Shown here piece after piece: positions 29,336 through 38,066 of a stretch of DNA of 41,453 nt. Below the pieces are notes generated by a model. It had not been told where the DNA came from, ran no database searches, and saw only the letters and a list, made by a program, of their open reading frames with translations. Each line of letters begins with the position of its first letter. Position 1 is the first letter of the stretch. Source of the stretch: Candidatus Methylopumilus universalis (GTDB lineage Bacteria > Pseudomonadota > Gammaproteobacteria > Burkholderiales > Methylophilaceae); assembly GCA_945878605.1 (NCBI GenBank), contig CAMCTR010000001.1:1-41453 (forward strand). The letters run 5' to 3'. The translations under genes were made by a program, and so were the position numbers.

Positions 29336-32224
29336 TTATTCCGCATTAAAGAATGGTGTTTTGACAACTGTCGCTTTTGCAATGCCACCATTGTCAGTAC
29401 GAATGTCAAAAACGTTACCTAACTCTGACTGATGCGGTGCAACGTAAGCCAATCCGACAATACGTTTTGCCGCAGGGCTATAACTGATACTAGTTACACG
29501 ACCTTTAATGCCGCCAGCCTCAATCACCAAATTACAGTCTTGTGGCATTTCGCCTTTGTAATCTGCTGCTAATGAGAATGGCACCAATACTTTAGTGAGC
29601 GGTTTCTTAGCAATGATTTCTAGACTACGTTTACCGATAAAAAATGGTTTTTCCATGTGCAATGCTTTTTCTGCACGCACTTCAAATGGATTAGTTAAAC
29701 CGTCCGTATCATATCCAGGCATATGGTGACCAAGTTCTAAACGAAGCAAGCGTTGTGTATCGGTTCCAAATGGACGAATACCTTCTGCCTTGCCTGCTTC
29801 AAGCAATGCGTTCCAGATGCTGAGTGCATGGCCTGTTGGCATGTAGATTTCATAAGCTTGTTTAGCCACAAACGCAGCACGCACAATACGCACGTGTACG
29901 CCGTTAATTTCTGTGGTTTGCGCACTACCCATTGGAAATGCTGAGTCTGACACATCAATACTCACAAGCTTTCCAAGCACCTTAGATGCGTTTGGACCAG
30001 CAACGTTAATCAAACCATAAGCACCAGTCACATTGACTAGGCCAACATTAAGTTGCCAGATCTGTAACCAGCGTTGCATTTCACGATAAACGGCTGCTGC
30101 GTTTGAAGTGCTAATCGTTAAGAAGAACAGTTCATCCGCTAGTCGTGTGGCAATGCCATCATCTGCTACTACACCAAGCTCATCTAACAGCAAAACATAG
30201 CGTGAGTGACCCACTTTTTGATCAGCGTAAAGTCCTGTATAAAAACGCTCTAAGAATGCGGCAGCATCTGGGCCACAAACTTCGATTTTGCCTAAGGTGC
30301 CACCGTCGATTATGCCAACAGATTGACGCACCGCTTGGGCTTCTTGTTGGATGATCTCTACTTTACTCAAGCCTGCTTTTTGATAGTAGGCAGGACGCGA
30401 CCAGGCACCAACATCCACAAAGAACGCACCCGCCGCCTTATGCCATCCATGAATAGAAGTGAGACGGTGCGAATGGAAGCTACGACCACCCAAATGACCC
30501 ATTGGCGTTGGATGGAAGAATGGTCGCGCAGTCGTTGTTCCGATTTTCTCAACAGGTAAATTGCGGATTTTTGCCAAGATACGAATCGCATTCATATTTG
30601 AATGCTTACCTTGACTTGGCCCCATGCCAACTGTTGTGAAGCGCTTCATCAACTCAATATTGTCGAAGCCTTCTTTTGCAGCATTGATAAAGTCTTTAAT
30701 TTGAATGTCTTCATCAAAATCGACAAAGTTTTTGCCTTTTGGATGATGCACAAAAGGATAGGGATGGCTGGGTGATTGACCTTGATGTGAAGCCACGCTC
30801 ACGGCAGTGGCTTTTCCGCCCAAGAACCCCACAGCTTCTGATGCAGCACGTGCGCCATCCGTTAAACGCGCTTCTAAACTATAAACGCCATTGACACGCC
30901 CTGCCGCAAAAATACCTTGAGGTAAGCGGTTAGGGACAAACTGCTGAATGTCATTTTTGTATCCCATGCCAATACCTGACTGATAAAGCAAGGCAGCAGC
31001 AGGTGCCCAGCCAGCACTCATTGCAATTCCATCACAATCTACCGTCACTGCTTTACTCACGTCAGCAGTTGCAGTTGCTTCATCGTATGGACAAACAACA
31101 GCGCCAGACATGCCAAGCTTACCCTTAATCGGATTGGCTTCGTACACGCAAAAACCAGTGTAAATTTTGACACCTTTACGCACTAACTCAGCCACTTGCT
31201 CATCTTTTTGGCCTTGTGCACGCAAATCAACGACAGCGGCAACTTTCACGTCTGCGTTAATTAAATCAAGCGCAACACGATAGCCATGGGCATTCGCAGT
31301 CACCACAATGCCTGTATTAAATGGCTTCACGCCATAACGATGAATCATGCGCTGCGCTGCCGAACCCAACATCACGCCTGGTAAATCATTGTTATGGAAT
31401 ACGGGCGGCTGTTCAAATACCCCGGTAGAAACAATCACTGCTTTTGCGCGTACTTTAGTAATGCCATTCGCTGTCACAACAGGCACCATATGATCTTGGT
31501 AATACCCTGCTGCATAGGCTGCTGCGTAAACTTTAATGTTTTTACTTGCGGTCACTTTAGCAACTAGCTCATCAAGCATTTGTTGCGCATCAGGACTTCC
31601 TGCGCGGTCATAGGTCAAGCTACCGCCGAGGTGTTGGTTTTCATCAACCAAAATAACTTCTAGGCCGCTTGATGCAGCAGAAAGCGCCGCAGATAAACCA
31701 GAAGGGCCGGCACCAATGACCAACACATCACAGAAGTCATTGAGCTTACGTTTATTAATACGAGGATAGTTGAAATTAACAATCCCTAAACCCGCAGCTT
31801 TACGGATGACTTTTTCCCAAAATGGGAAAAGTGCCGCAGGCTTATGAAACGCTTTATAGTAAAAACCAACAGGCAATAATGGAGAGATCGAGTCAATATA
31901 TTTGCTCTTATCATTAATGACACCACCTTCTGTATTCACAGCCTTTAATATCATTCCGTTGGTAAGCTTTACAACGTCTGCACGCATATTAGTATCTTGA
32001 CCGTCGGTCACTAATGCATTGATGTCGTGATTTGCTAAGCTCAACACACCACGTGGGCGGTGATACTTAAAGCTACGACCTAAGACTTTGACGCCGCAAG
32101 CTTGGAGCGCACTGGTAATCGTGTCGCCTTCATAACCATCATATTCTTTACCCTCAAAAGTAAAGGTGATTTTTTTGTCTCGGCTAATCCACTCACCGAC
32201 TTGTTTTGGCAATCTCATACTCAT
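29336..32224 (-). CDS. mgdC: N-methylglutamate dehydrogenase subunit C (SoxA-like, NAD and folate/GcvT domains)
   Basis: GRSFKYHRPRG, GAGPSGLSAA, KRFTTVGMGPSQGK, TLGKIEV, LRLELG. Confidence 0.92.
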   Translation of the reverse strand: MSMRLPKQVGEWISRDKKITFTFEGKEYDGYEGDTITSALQACGVKVLGRSFKYHRPRGVLSLANHDINALVTDGQDTNMRADVVKLTNGMILKAVNTEGGVINDKSKYIDSISPLLPVGFYYKAFHKPAALFPFWEKVIRKAAGLGIVNFNYPRINKRKLNDFCDVLVIGAGPSGLSAALSAASSGLEVILVDENQHLGGSLTYDRAGSPDAQQMLDELVAKVTASKNIKVYAAAYAAGYYQDHMVPVVTANGITKVRAKAVIVSTGVFEQPPVFHNNDLPGVMLGSAAQRMIHRYGVKPFNTGIVVTANAHGYRVALDLINADVKVAAVVDLRAQGQKDEQVAELVRKGVKIYTGFCVYEANPIKGKLGMSGAVVCPYDEATATADVSKAVTVDCDGIAMSAGWAPAAALLYQSGIGMGYKNDIQQFVPNRLPQGIFAAGRVNGVYSLEARLTDGARAASEAVGFLGGKATAVSVASHQGQSPSHPYPFVHHPKGKNFVDFDEDIQIKDFINAAKEGFDNIELMKRFTTVGMGPSQGKHSNMNAIRILAKIRNLPVEKIGTTTARPFFHPTPMGHLGGRSFHSHRLTSIHGWHKAAGAFFVDVGAWSRPAYYQKAGLSKVEIIQQEAQAVRQSVGIIDGGTLGKIEVCGPDAAAFLERFYTGLYADQKVGHSRYVLLLDELGVVADDGIATRLADELFFLTISTSNAAAVYREMQRWLQIWQLNVGLVNVTGAYGLINVAGPNASKVLGKLVSIDVSDSAFPMGSAQTTEINGVHVRIVRAAFVAKQAYEIYMPTGHALSIWNALLEAGKAEGIRPFGTDTQRLLRLELGHHMPGYDTDGLTNPFEVRAEKALHMEKPFFIGKRSLEIIAKKPLTKVLVPFSLAADYKGEMPQDCNLVIEAGGIKGRVTSISYSPAAKRIVGLAYVAPHQSELGNVFDIRTDNGGIAKATVVKTPFFNAE

Positions 32225-32526
32225 GCTGATTGCTCCTTTTTAGCACGTGGCTTAGTTGTTTTTGCGGCAACAGGTGCTTTGCCATATAAGTAAGTAGCGA
32301 GCACTTCATCGCTTAAAGTATTACGCTCTGCAATAAACCAAGTGCCACTTGGTGAGTGATACCACCACTCCTTTTTGATGCATGGCGCGTTATTGCGATA
32401 ATGCACATAACTTGCCCACTCCAAATCACCGCTTGTGTCTGGATTTGGCATTTCGCGGAATTCTCCGCCAAACAAAAATTCACTTAATGGTCTTACACCA
32501 TTCATCGGACAGTTTAAAAGTTTCAT
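32221..32526 (-). CDS. mgdB: N-methylglutamate dehydrogenase subunit B (SoxD-like)
   Basis: CPMNGVRPLSEF..GGE, EWWYH, FIAERNT. Confidence 0.9.
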   Translation of the reverse strand: MKLLNCPMNGVRPLSEFLFGGEFREMPNPDTSGDLEWASYVHYRNNAPCIKKEWWYHSPSGTWFIAERNTLSDEVLATYLYGKAPVAAKTTKPRAKKEQSA

Positions 32527-32575
32527 TTTTTCATCTAGCCTTTAAAAATTGATAAGCGCGCTTTTCACTAATGGT

Positions 32576-33817
32576 CTAATGACCAACTGAAGCTGCGCCC
32601 TTCTCACCAGTAAGTTCGTATTCTTCAAAACGCGACATACGGAATGAATGAATCAAATCATGTGCTTTATCGTTGGCCATCGTATATGCCATGGTTTTGC
32701 CACTGATTGGCGTTGCCTTAAAGCCCCATGTCCCCCAACCCGCATCCAAGTAAAATCCTTTAATCGGTGTTTTACCCATAATTGGCGCAAAATCTGGGGT
32801 AATATCTGCCATTCCACCCCATTGACGGACCACTTTTACATTGGATAAAAACGGGAACATGTCGACGATGTGTGAAGTTAAGCCTTCAACAAAGTCAAAT
32901 GTTGAACGTGTTGAGTGCACTTCATATGGATCGAGCGATGAGCCCATTACCAATTCACCGCGTGAAGATTGGCTCACATAAACATGCAAACTACCTGAAA
33001 CCAAAATAGTGTCTAACCATGGTTTCATGGGCTCAGTGACACAAGCTTGCAATGGATGAATCACGATAGGGGTTTTCAAACCCACCATTTCAGTAATCCG
33101 CGGTGTAAAGCCAGCCACTGCTGATAACACCTTGCCTGTTGAGATATAGCCACGGCTGGTGTGAACACCTTGCACTTGACCATCCTTCACATCAATGCTT
33201 TGCACTTCAGTGTTTTGGAAAATCTCCACCCCCATGCTGTCAGCACCGCGCGCATAACCCCAAGCCACTGCATCATGACGGGCGATTGAACCAGGCTGAT
33301 GATAGAGCGCACCTTGAATAGGCGCCTTGCCGCTACAGCTCAAATCCATCTGCGGACAAGCTTTAGCAATTTCATCCGTACCCACCACGCGACTATTAAC
33401 GCCAACATGCTTATTAACCTCAGCACGCCAGCGCATGGTGCGCATTGCTGACTCAGTATGTGCTAAGGTAAAGTGTCCACGATTTGTATAAAACAGATTA
33501 ATATCAAGCTCTGTTGAAAGCCCTTCGAAAAGCTTAACGCTCGCGTCATAAAAATTCACACCATCTGGCGTTAAATAATTAGAGCGCACAATAGTAGTAT
33601 TACGACCAGTGTTGCCGCCGCCAATGTAACCCTTCTCTAAAACAGCCACATTAGTCATGCCGTGATCTTTTGCTAAATAGTAAGCCGCAGCTAAGCCATG
33701 TCCGCCACCACCAATAATCACAGCGTCATAAGACTTTTTAGGGGTCTGACAATCCCTAAAAAAACGTGGCTCTTTATATTCTCCGCCAAGCGCAAACTTC
33801 AGTAACTGATAAGCCAT
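32576..33817 (-). CDS. mgdA: N-methylglutamate dehydrogenase subunit A (SoxB-like FAD subunit)
   Basis: IIGGGGHGLAAAYYLA, GNTGRNT, ARHDAVAWGYA, GWGTWGFKATP. Confidence 0.93.
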   Translation of the reverse strand: MAYQLLKFALGGEYKEPRFFRDCQTPKKSYDAVIIGGGGHGLAAAYYLAKDHGMTNVAVLEKGYIGGGNTGRNTTIVRSNYLTPDGVNFYDASVKLFEGLSTELDINLFYTNRGHFTLAHTESAMRTMRWRAEVNKHVGVNSRVVGTDEIAKACPQMDLSCSGKAPIQGALYHQPGSIARHDAVAWGYARGADSMGVEIFQNTEVQSIDVKDGQVQGVHTSRGYISTGKVLSAVAGFTPRITEMVGLKTPIVIHPLQACVTEPMKPWLDTILVSGSLHVYVSQSSRGELVMGSSLDPYEVHSTRSTFDFVEGLTSHIVDMFPFLSNVKVVRQWGGMADITPDFAPIMGKTPIKGFYLDAGWGTWGFKATPISGKTMAYTMANDKAHDLIHSFRMSRFEEYELTGEKGAASVGH

Positions 33818-33912
33818 TTAAATCCCCAATAATATGCTTGTGTCGTTTTGGCCTTAAAACTTAACAAAAAGTTCAACGATGGCACCATTTGTGCTTAAAC
33901 TTTTATTAACTT

Positions 33913-34002
33913 TTTTTACCTACATGAAACTTATGTGCCTATTACACCAAAGGCAAAATGCAAAGTCAAGGACTTGGTAAACAATTTTTATCCTGAGGAA
34001 AC
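33913..34002. promoter_or_regulatory. Two related imperfect 18-bp palindromes; candidate XRE-regulator operators
   Basis: TTTTTACCTACATGAAAC (33913-33930) and TTTTTATCCTGAGGAAAC (33985-34002) in the divergent promoter region. Confidence 0.45.
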
Positions 34003-34140
34003 GTGCTATGGAGTTATGCTGACTTATCAAGTAAACTTCAACTCATTTCAATCAACAAATAAATGCTAGTTTTTAAAGAAATTTTTATCTTTCTCTATTA
34101 AAAACAGTTACAAAGCATATTGAGGAGAGCTATAAAAAAC

Positions 34141-34782
34141 ATGACAACAGCAAATGTTGCAATCAACAATGCCCCCTATAATGCACAAGGAAAAGCACTA
34201 GATCGCTTTCTTGGTAATACCATTCATCAGTTACGTATTCAGCACAGTCTCACCTTGGCCGAGGTTTCTGAAAAAGCAGGCATTAGCCGCGGCATGTTGA
34301 GTAAAATTGAAAATGGACTTTCATCTACCAGCCTAGAAACCTTGGAGCAATTAGCCAACGCACTTGGCGTGACCATGGCGCGCTTTTTCCAAGGCTACAA
34401 TTTGCCATCGAGCTCAGTGCAGTTTGTAAAAAAAGATGAAGGCATGGAGGTAGTGCGGCGCGGCACTCGTAGCGGCCACACCTATCAATTACTTGCTTAC
34501 GATCAAGGACCACAAAAACTTTTTGAGCCTTTTCTGATTACACTCGAAGATCCAGGTGAAGAATTTCCAAGTTTTGAACATCCCGGCACAGAGTTTATTC
34601 ATATGCTAGAAGGCGTGATGGAGTACCGGGTTGGTGATGAAGTGTTTAAGCTTGAGCCAGGAGACTCGCTGACTTTTCGTGGTGAAATCCCGCATCGACC
34701 AGAAAAACATACCGAGCTACCGATACGATTTTTAGCGATTGTGCATTACGACACCCCCGGAAATGAGCAAGAGATTGAATAG
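34141..34782 (+). CDS. XRE-family HTH-cupin transcriptional regulator
   Basis: LTLAEVSEKAGISRGMLSKIENG HTH; HPGTEFIH...GEIPH cupin; ATG at 34141 preferred because GAGGAG lies upstream. Confidence 0.9.
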   Translation: MTTANVAINNAPYNAQGKALDRFLGNTIHQLRIQHSLTLAEVSEKAGISRGMLSKIENGLSSTSLETLEQLANALGVTMARFFQGYNLPSSSVQFVKKDEGMEVVRRGTRSGHTYQLLAYDQGPQKLFEPFLITLEDPGEEFPSFEHPGTEFIHMLEGVMEYRVGDEVFKLEPGDSLTFRGEIPHRPEKHTELPIRFLAIVHYDTPGNEQEIE

Positions 34783-35239
34783 GGTTAACCCTATCACTGT
34801 AAACGATGCAAAGCTGGAAGATATTCCAGCCTTAGTTGATTTACTTGCTGCTTTATTTGCAATTGAAGTCGATTTTAAACCTGACACCCCAAAACAAATT
34901 CTAGGCTTACGTATGCTCATACTGAACCCTGAAACAGGCATTATTAAAGTTGCTCGCGATGCGAATGGCTTAGCCATTGGGATGGTGAGCGCGCAATTGG
35001 TGATTTCAACCGCACAGGGCGCGCATTCCGCTTGGCTTGAAGATATGATTGTTCACCAAAAATATCGCGGCCAAGGCCTAGGCAAAGCACTTCTCAATGA
35101 AGCGCTAGCATGGGTCAAACAAAAAGGCGCGACACGCGCCCAATTGCTGGTAGATATTGAAAATGCGCCAGCAGTTGGTTATTACAAGCACCTAGGTTGG
35201 CAAAAAACGCTGTTAGAAGCGCGTAAGATTTTTCTTTAA
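34763..35239 (+). CDS. GNAT-family N-acetyltransferase (start uncertain)
   Basis: Motif A VHQKYRGQGLGKALL; NAPAVGYYKHLGW. Confidence 0.85.
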   Translation: MSKRLNRVNPITVNDAKLEDIPALVDLLAALFAIEVDFKPDTPKQILGLRMLILNPETGIIKVARDANGLAIGMVSAQLVISTAQGAHSAWLEDMIVHQKYRGQGLGKALLNEALAWVKQKGATRAQLLVDIENAPAVGYYKHLGWQKTLLEARKIFL

Positions 35240-35241
35240 CA

Positions 35242-36036
35242 TCACGCCCAATCCAACATCGCCTGCATCATGGCGCGTAATGTTGGCCGCAACTTCTCAG
35301 CCAGGCCCTCATCCACTTTTGTCACATCCGCCGCTTGCATATAGGCTCGGGTCGCAATTTCCAACTGTACTGCGTGGATATCATGGCGCGGCTGACCGTA
35401 ATGACGGGTGATAAATCCGCCTTTGAAGCGACCATTCATCACAGACTCAAAATCACTCTGCTGCGCCACCTCGTATACACCCTCAGCCAGACGCCTATCA
35501 CATGATGCATGGTCAGCAGTGCCTAGATTAAGGTGCGGTAATGTTCCCTCAAAAAATCGAGGCACGACAGACTCAATCGAATGCGCATCCCAAAGCAGCG
35601 CTTTTCCGTGCAAAGCTTTTACTCTGTTTAACTCTGCACTTAGTGCTTGGTGATATGGCTGCCAATAATGCGCAATCCGTTTTTGAATTTCATCGGCACT
35701 TGGCGCTTGATTAGGAAGATAAAGCAGCGCTTGGTTGAATGCATCTACTGGACATAAGCCCGTGGTGTTTTGTCCTGGGTAAAGACTCACATCATCTGCC
35801 GGCCGATTGAGATCAATCACGTAACGTGAGTGGGTTGCGATAATCACCGTTGCATCTAAGTCATCAAGAAAATGATAGAGCTGCTCAAGATGCCAATCGG
35901 TATCAGCAATAGACAGCCCTGCTTTAGTCAAACGAAATTGAAGCCACGAAGGGATATAAGTTCCAACATGGGGCATTGAAACCACTAGAGGTGAGTTTCC
36001 TTGTCTTAGCTTAAATACAGGTATTTCTAGTTGCAT
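35242..36036 (-). CDS. hutG: N-formylglutamate amidohydrolase
   Basis: SMPHVGT, DTDWH, SRYVIDLNR, YWQPYH, WDAHSI, NGRFKGGFITRHYG, HAVQLE. Confidence 0.92.
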   Translation of the reverse strand: MQLEIPVFKLRQGNSPLVVSMPHVGTYIPSWLQFRLTKAGLSIADTDWHLEQLYHFLDDLDATVIIATHSRYVIDLNRPADDVSLYPGQNTTGLCPVDAFNQALLYLPNQAPSADEIQKRIAHYWQPYHQALSAELNRVKALHGKALLWDAHSIESVVPRFFEGTLPHLNLGTADHASCDRRLAEGVYEVAQQSDFESVMNGRFKGGFITRHYGQPRHDIHAVQLEIATRAYMQAADVTKVDEGLAEKLRPTLRAMMQAMLDWA

Positions 36037-36047
36037 GGCGCACCTAT

Positions 36048-36656
36048 TTATTGATTCAGCTTATTTACGCAACTTTTTTTATTCAACAGGGAAAACTTAA
36101 TCGCAATCATCAGCGCATCAGCACTGCCTGAAAAAGCAAATGTCTCACCCAATGACAATGCTGGCTGCAAAAAATCACCACCCACAAAACGTTGTGAACC
36201 ACCATCTTTGGCGATGAACTCACCTTTCAAAACGACCAGCATGTCATGTCCACCATCGCCCACACACTTGAAATCTCCGCGAACAAGCGCAAGCGTACTT
36301 TTTACACCGGTACGAGATGTCATCACATTAAGCATCTGACAAATACCTTCCGGCTCCGCTAACCAATCCTGCTCACCCGCAAAAGAGAAGGGCTGAAAAG
36401 CCAACAATCGTTTTGTAAGCCCGGTCTGATTTCGCAAAGTTAAACTCGGGCCTGCAATGAGAACTTGTGTTCGATCTACTTGAGGAAAAAGCGAATAAGC
36501 ACTTGGCTGTTTGATTTCGGCAACACTCACGCGCCAAATAAAATCATCTAATCCAGCATTGGGTGGAAAAATGGCAATCTCTTTAGTGCTACCACCGCCA
36601 TTTTTCCAAGCTACCGATGGCACATTACTGACTTGAATGTATGCAGTCTGTGCCAT
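36048..36656 (-). CDS. hutD: HutD/Ves family protein
   Basis: WKNGGGSTKEI, FIWRVSVAEI, SLFPQVDR, LNVM. Confidence 0.88.
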   Translation of the reverse strand: MAQTAYIQVSNVPSVAWKNGGGSTKEIAIFPPNAGLDDFIWRVSVAEIKQPSAYSLFPQVDRTQVLIAGPSLTLRNQTGLTKRLLAFQPFSFAGEQDWLAEPEGICQMLNVMTSRTGVKSTLALVRGDFKCVGDGGHDMLVVLKGEFIAKDGGSQRFVGGDFLQPALSLGETFAFSGSADALMIAIKFSLLNKKSCVNKLNQ

Positions 36657-36670
36657 CGAAAACTTAGCGC

Positions 36671-37222
36671 TTAAATCTTACCATCTAGACCCATTTGGAA
36701 ATATTTATGGGTGATTTTGTCCTGGTTTTCCAAGAGCCAATCAATACTTGGTTGATTGTTCATCGCTTTATGAATCGCTTTAGTGGTGGCTTCACGGTGA
36801 ATGTTAAACAAGATTTGATGATCCAAATCATCTTGCTTAATCACAATAGGATTGAGCCAAACAGACACAATAATACCCAAATCATTCGCTAGCTCTTTAG
36901 GAATATCACCATTACGCACAGCATCCAACACGCCGTTAGCAATCGCCGCCTGCACAGTCCCCATCAAGATATTGGTATATTTTTCATCTTTTACCGTCAC
37001 CTTACTCACCATAATAGTGGCAGGGCGCACTTGAATGTCTGTGTTCAAAATAGCGAGCACGCGTGTGTGCCCTTTTACTTGGTCACCTAGCAAGGTTGCA
37101 AACGCTGTGCCCATTGGGCCAGCCATATGGCCAATGGCGATTTCAGGCTCAGCCGCTGTTCCTACTGGACCACCAGCAACCAACGCCTCTGCAACTCTTA
37201 TCGTCATCATGTCATTACTCAT
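36671..37222 (-). CDS. fae: Formaldehyde-activating enzyme homologue (divergent Fae2/Fae3 type)
   Basis: EALV, RPATIMVSKVT, QAAIANGVLDAV, GDIPK, IIVSVW. Confidence 0.85.
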   Translation of the reverse strand: MSNDMMTIRVAEALVAGGPVGTAAEPEIAIGHMAGPMGTAFATLLGDQVKGHTRVLAILNTDIQVRPATIMVSKVTVKDEKYTNILMGTVQAAIANGVLDAVRNGDIPKELANDLGIIVSVWLNPIVIKQDDLDHQILFNIHREATTKAIHKAMNNQPSIDWLLENQDKITHKYFQMGLDGKI

Positions 37223-37332
37223 ATCACCATTTCCTTTGATTAATCTATACTACTGAAATAAAATTAACTACCATTAAACAATTGTAATCCATATTATACG
37301 AAGTGAACACATCAACCCAATGCATAAGGTAT

Positions 37333-37372
37333 AAAAAAACCACCGATGAATGTTCAATACGGTGGTTTTTTT
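37333..37372. terminator. Bidirectional terminator after the response regulator
   Basis: A7-CCACCG...CGGTGG-T7. Confidence 0.75.
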
Positions 37373-37387
37373 AAATTTAGCCGAGGG

Positions 37388-38029
37388 CTAGTTTTTTCTC
37401 TTATGCGCCCAAACAGCTGCCTCTAAACGACTTGTCAGCTTAAGCTTGCTGAGCAGATGCTTAATATGCACCTTCACGGTGGTATCACTAATCCCCAATT
37501 TTCGGGCGATGGTTTTATTGTTGAAACCATCGGCCAAGCACTGCAAGATTTCTTGCTCACGGTCAGTGAGAGAAACATTTTCATCATTACGGCCAACTTT
37601 AGGGTCGATTAAAGCTTGCTTCAAAATATCGGTCAGACTATCTTGAATCACCGTCATGCCTGCGGCCACTTTAATTAAATTGGCACACAAATCTTCGGGG
37701 TCCATATCTTTCAGCAAATAGCCGTCAGCACCCGAACGAAGCGCCTCTAGCAAATCATCTTCCGCATCTGAAACGGTTAACACCACAAATTTACTTGGCG
37801 TGCCCATTTCTTTAAATCGGCGTAAAGTTTCAATACCGTTTAAGCCCTTCATATTCAAATCAATCAACACCACATCAGGTGCAGATTGTTGAACTAGCGC
37901 TATGCCTTCAAGGCCAGATGATGCTTCACCAACCACTTCAAAGCTTGGGTGGTCATTAATGATTTGACCAACCCCCTTGCGAAACAAGGCATGGTCATCA
38001 ATTAAAAAGACTTTGTAATGCATATCCAT
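37388..38029 (-). CDS. NarL/FixJ-family response regulator
   Basis: LIDDH, VLIDLNM, LTVSD, GYLLKD, LuxR-type HTH LTDREQEIL..NKTIARKLGISDTTVKVH. Confidence 0.95.
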   Translation of the reverse strand: MDMHYKVFLIDDHALFRKGVGQIINDHPSFEVVGEASSGLEGIALVQQSAPDVVLIDLNMKGLNGIETLRRFKEMGTPSKFVVLTVSDAEDDLLEALRSGADGYLLKDMDPEDLCANLIKVAAGMTVIQDSLTDILKQALIDPKVGRNDENVSLTDREQEILQCLADGFNNKTIARKLGISDTTVKVHIKHLLSKLKLTSRLEAAVWAHKRKN

Positions 38030-38066
38030 TTTCCACCCCTATCAATTTTTATTTGATTGCCAATAT

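Noticed and set aside
32221-32526. Loss of Zn-ligand cysteines in the SoxD-like subunit (CPMNG)
   Set aside because: As I recall, this is typical of MgdB proteins rather than specific to this locus.
24287-33817. Calling these genes glutamate synthase, glutamine synthetase and sarcosine oxidase, or a novel system
   Set aside because: The joint order mgdABCD-gmaS-mgsABC is the established N-methylglutamate pathway.
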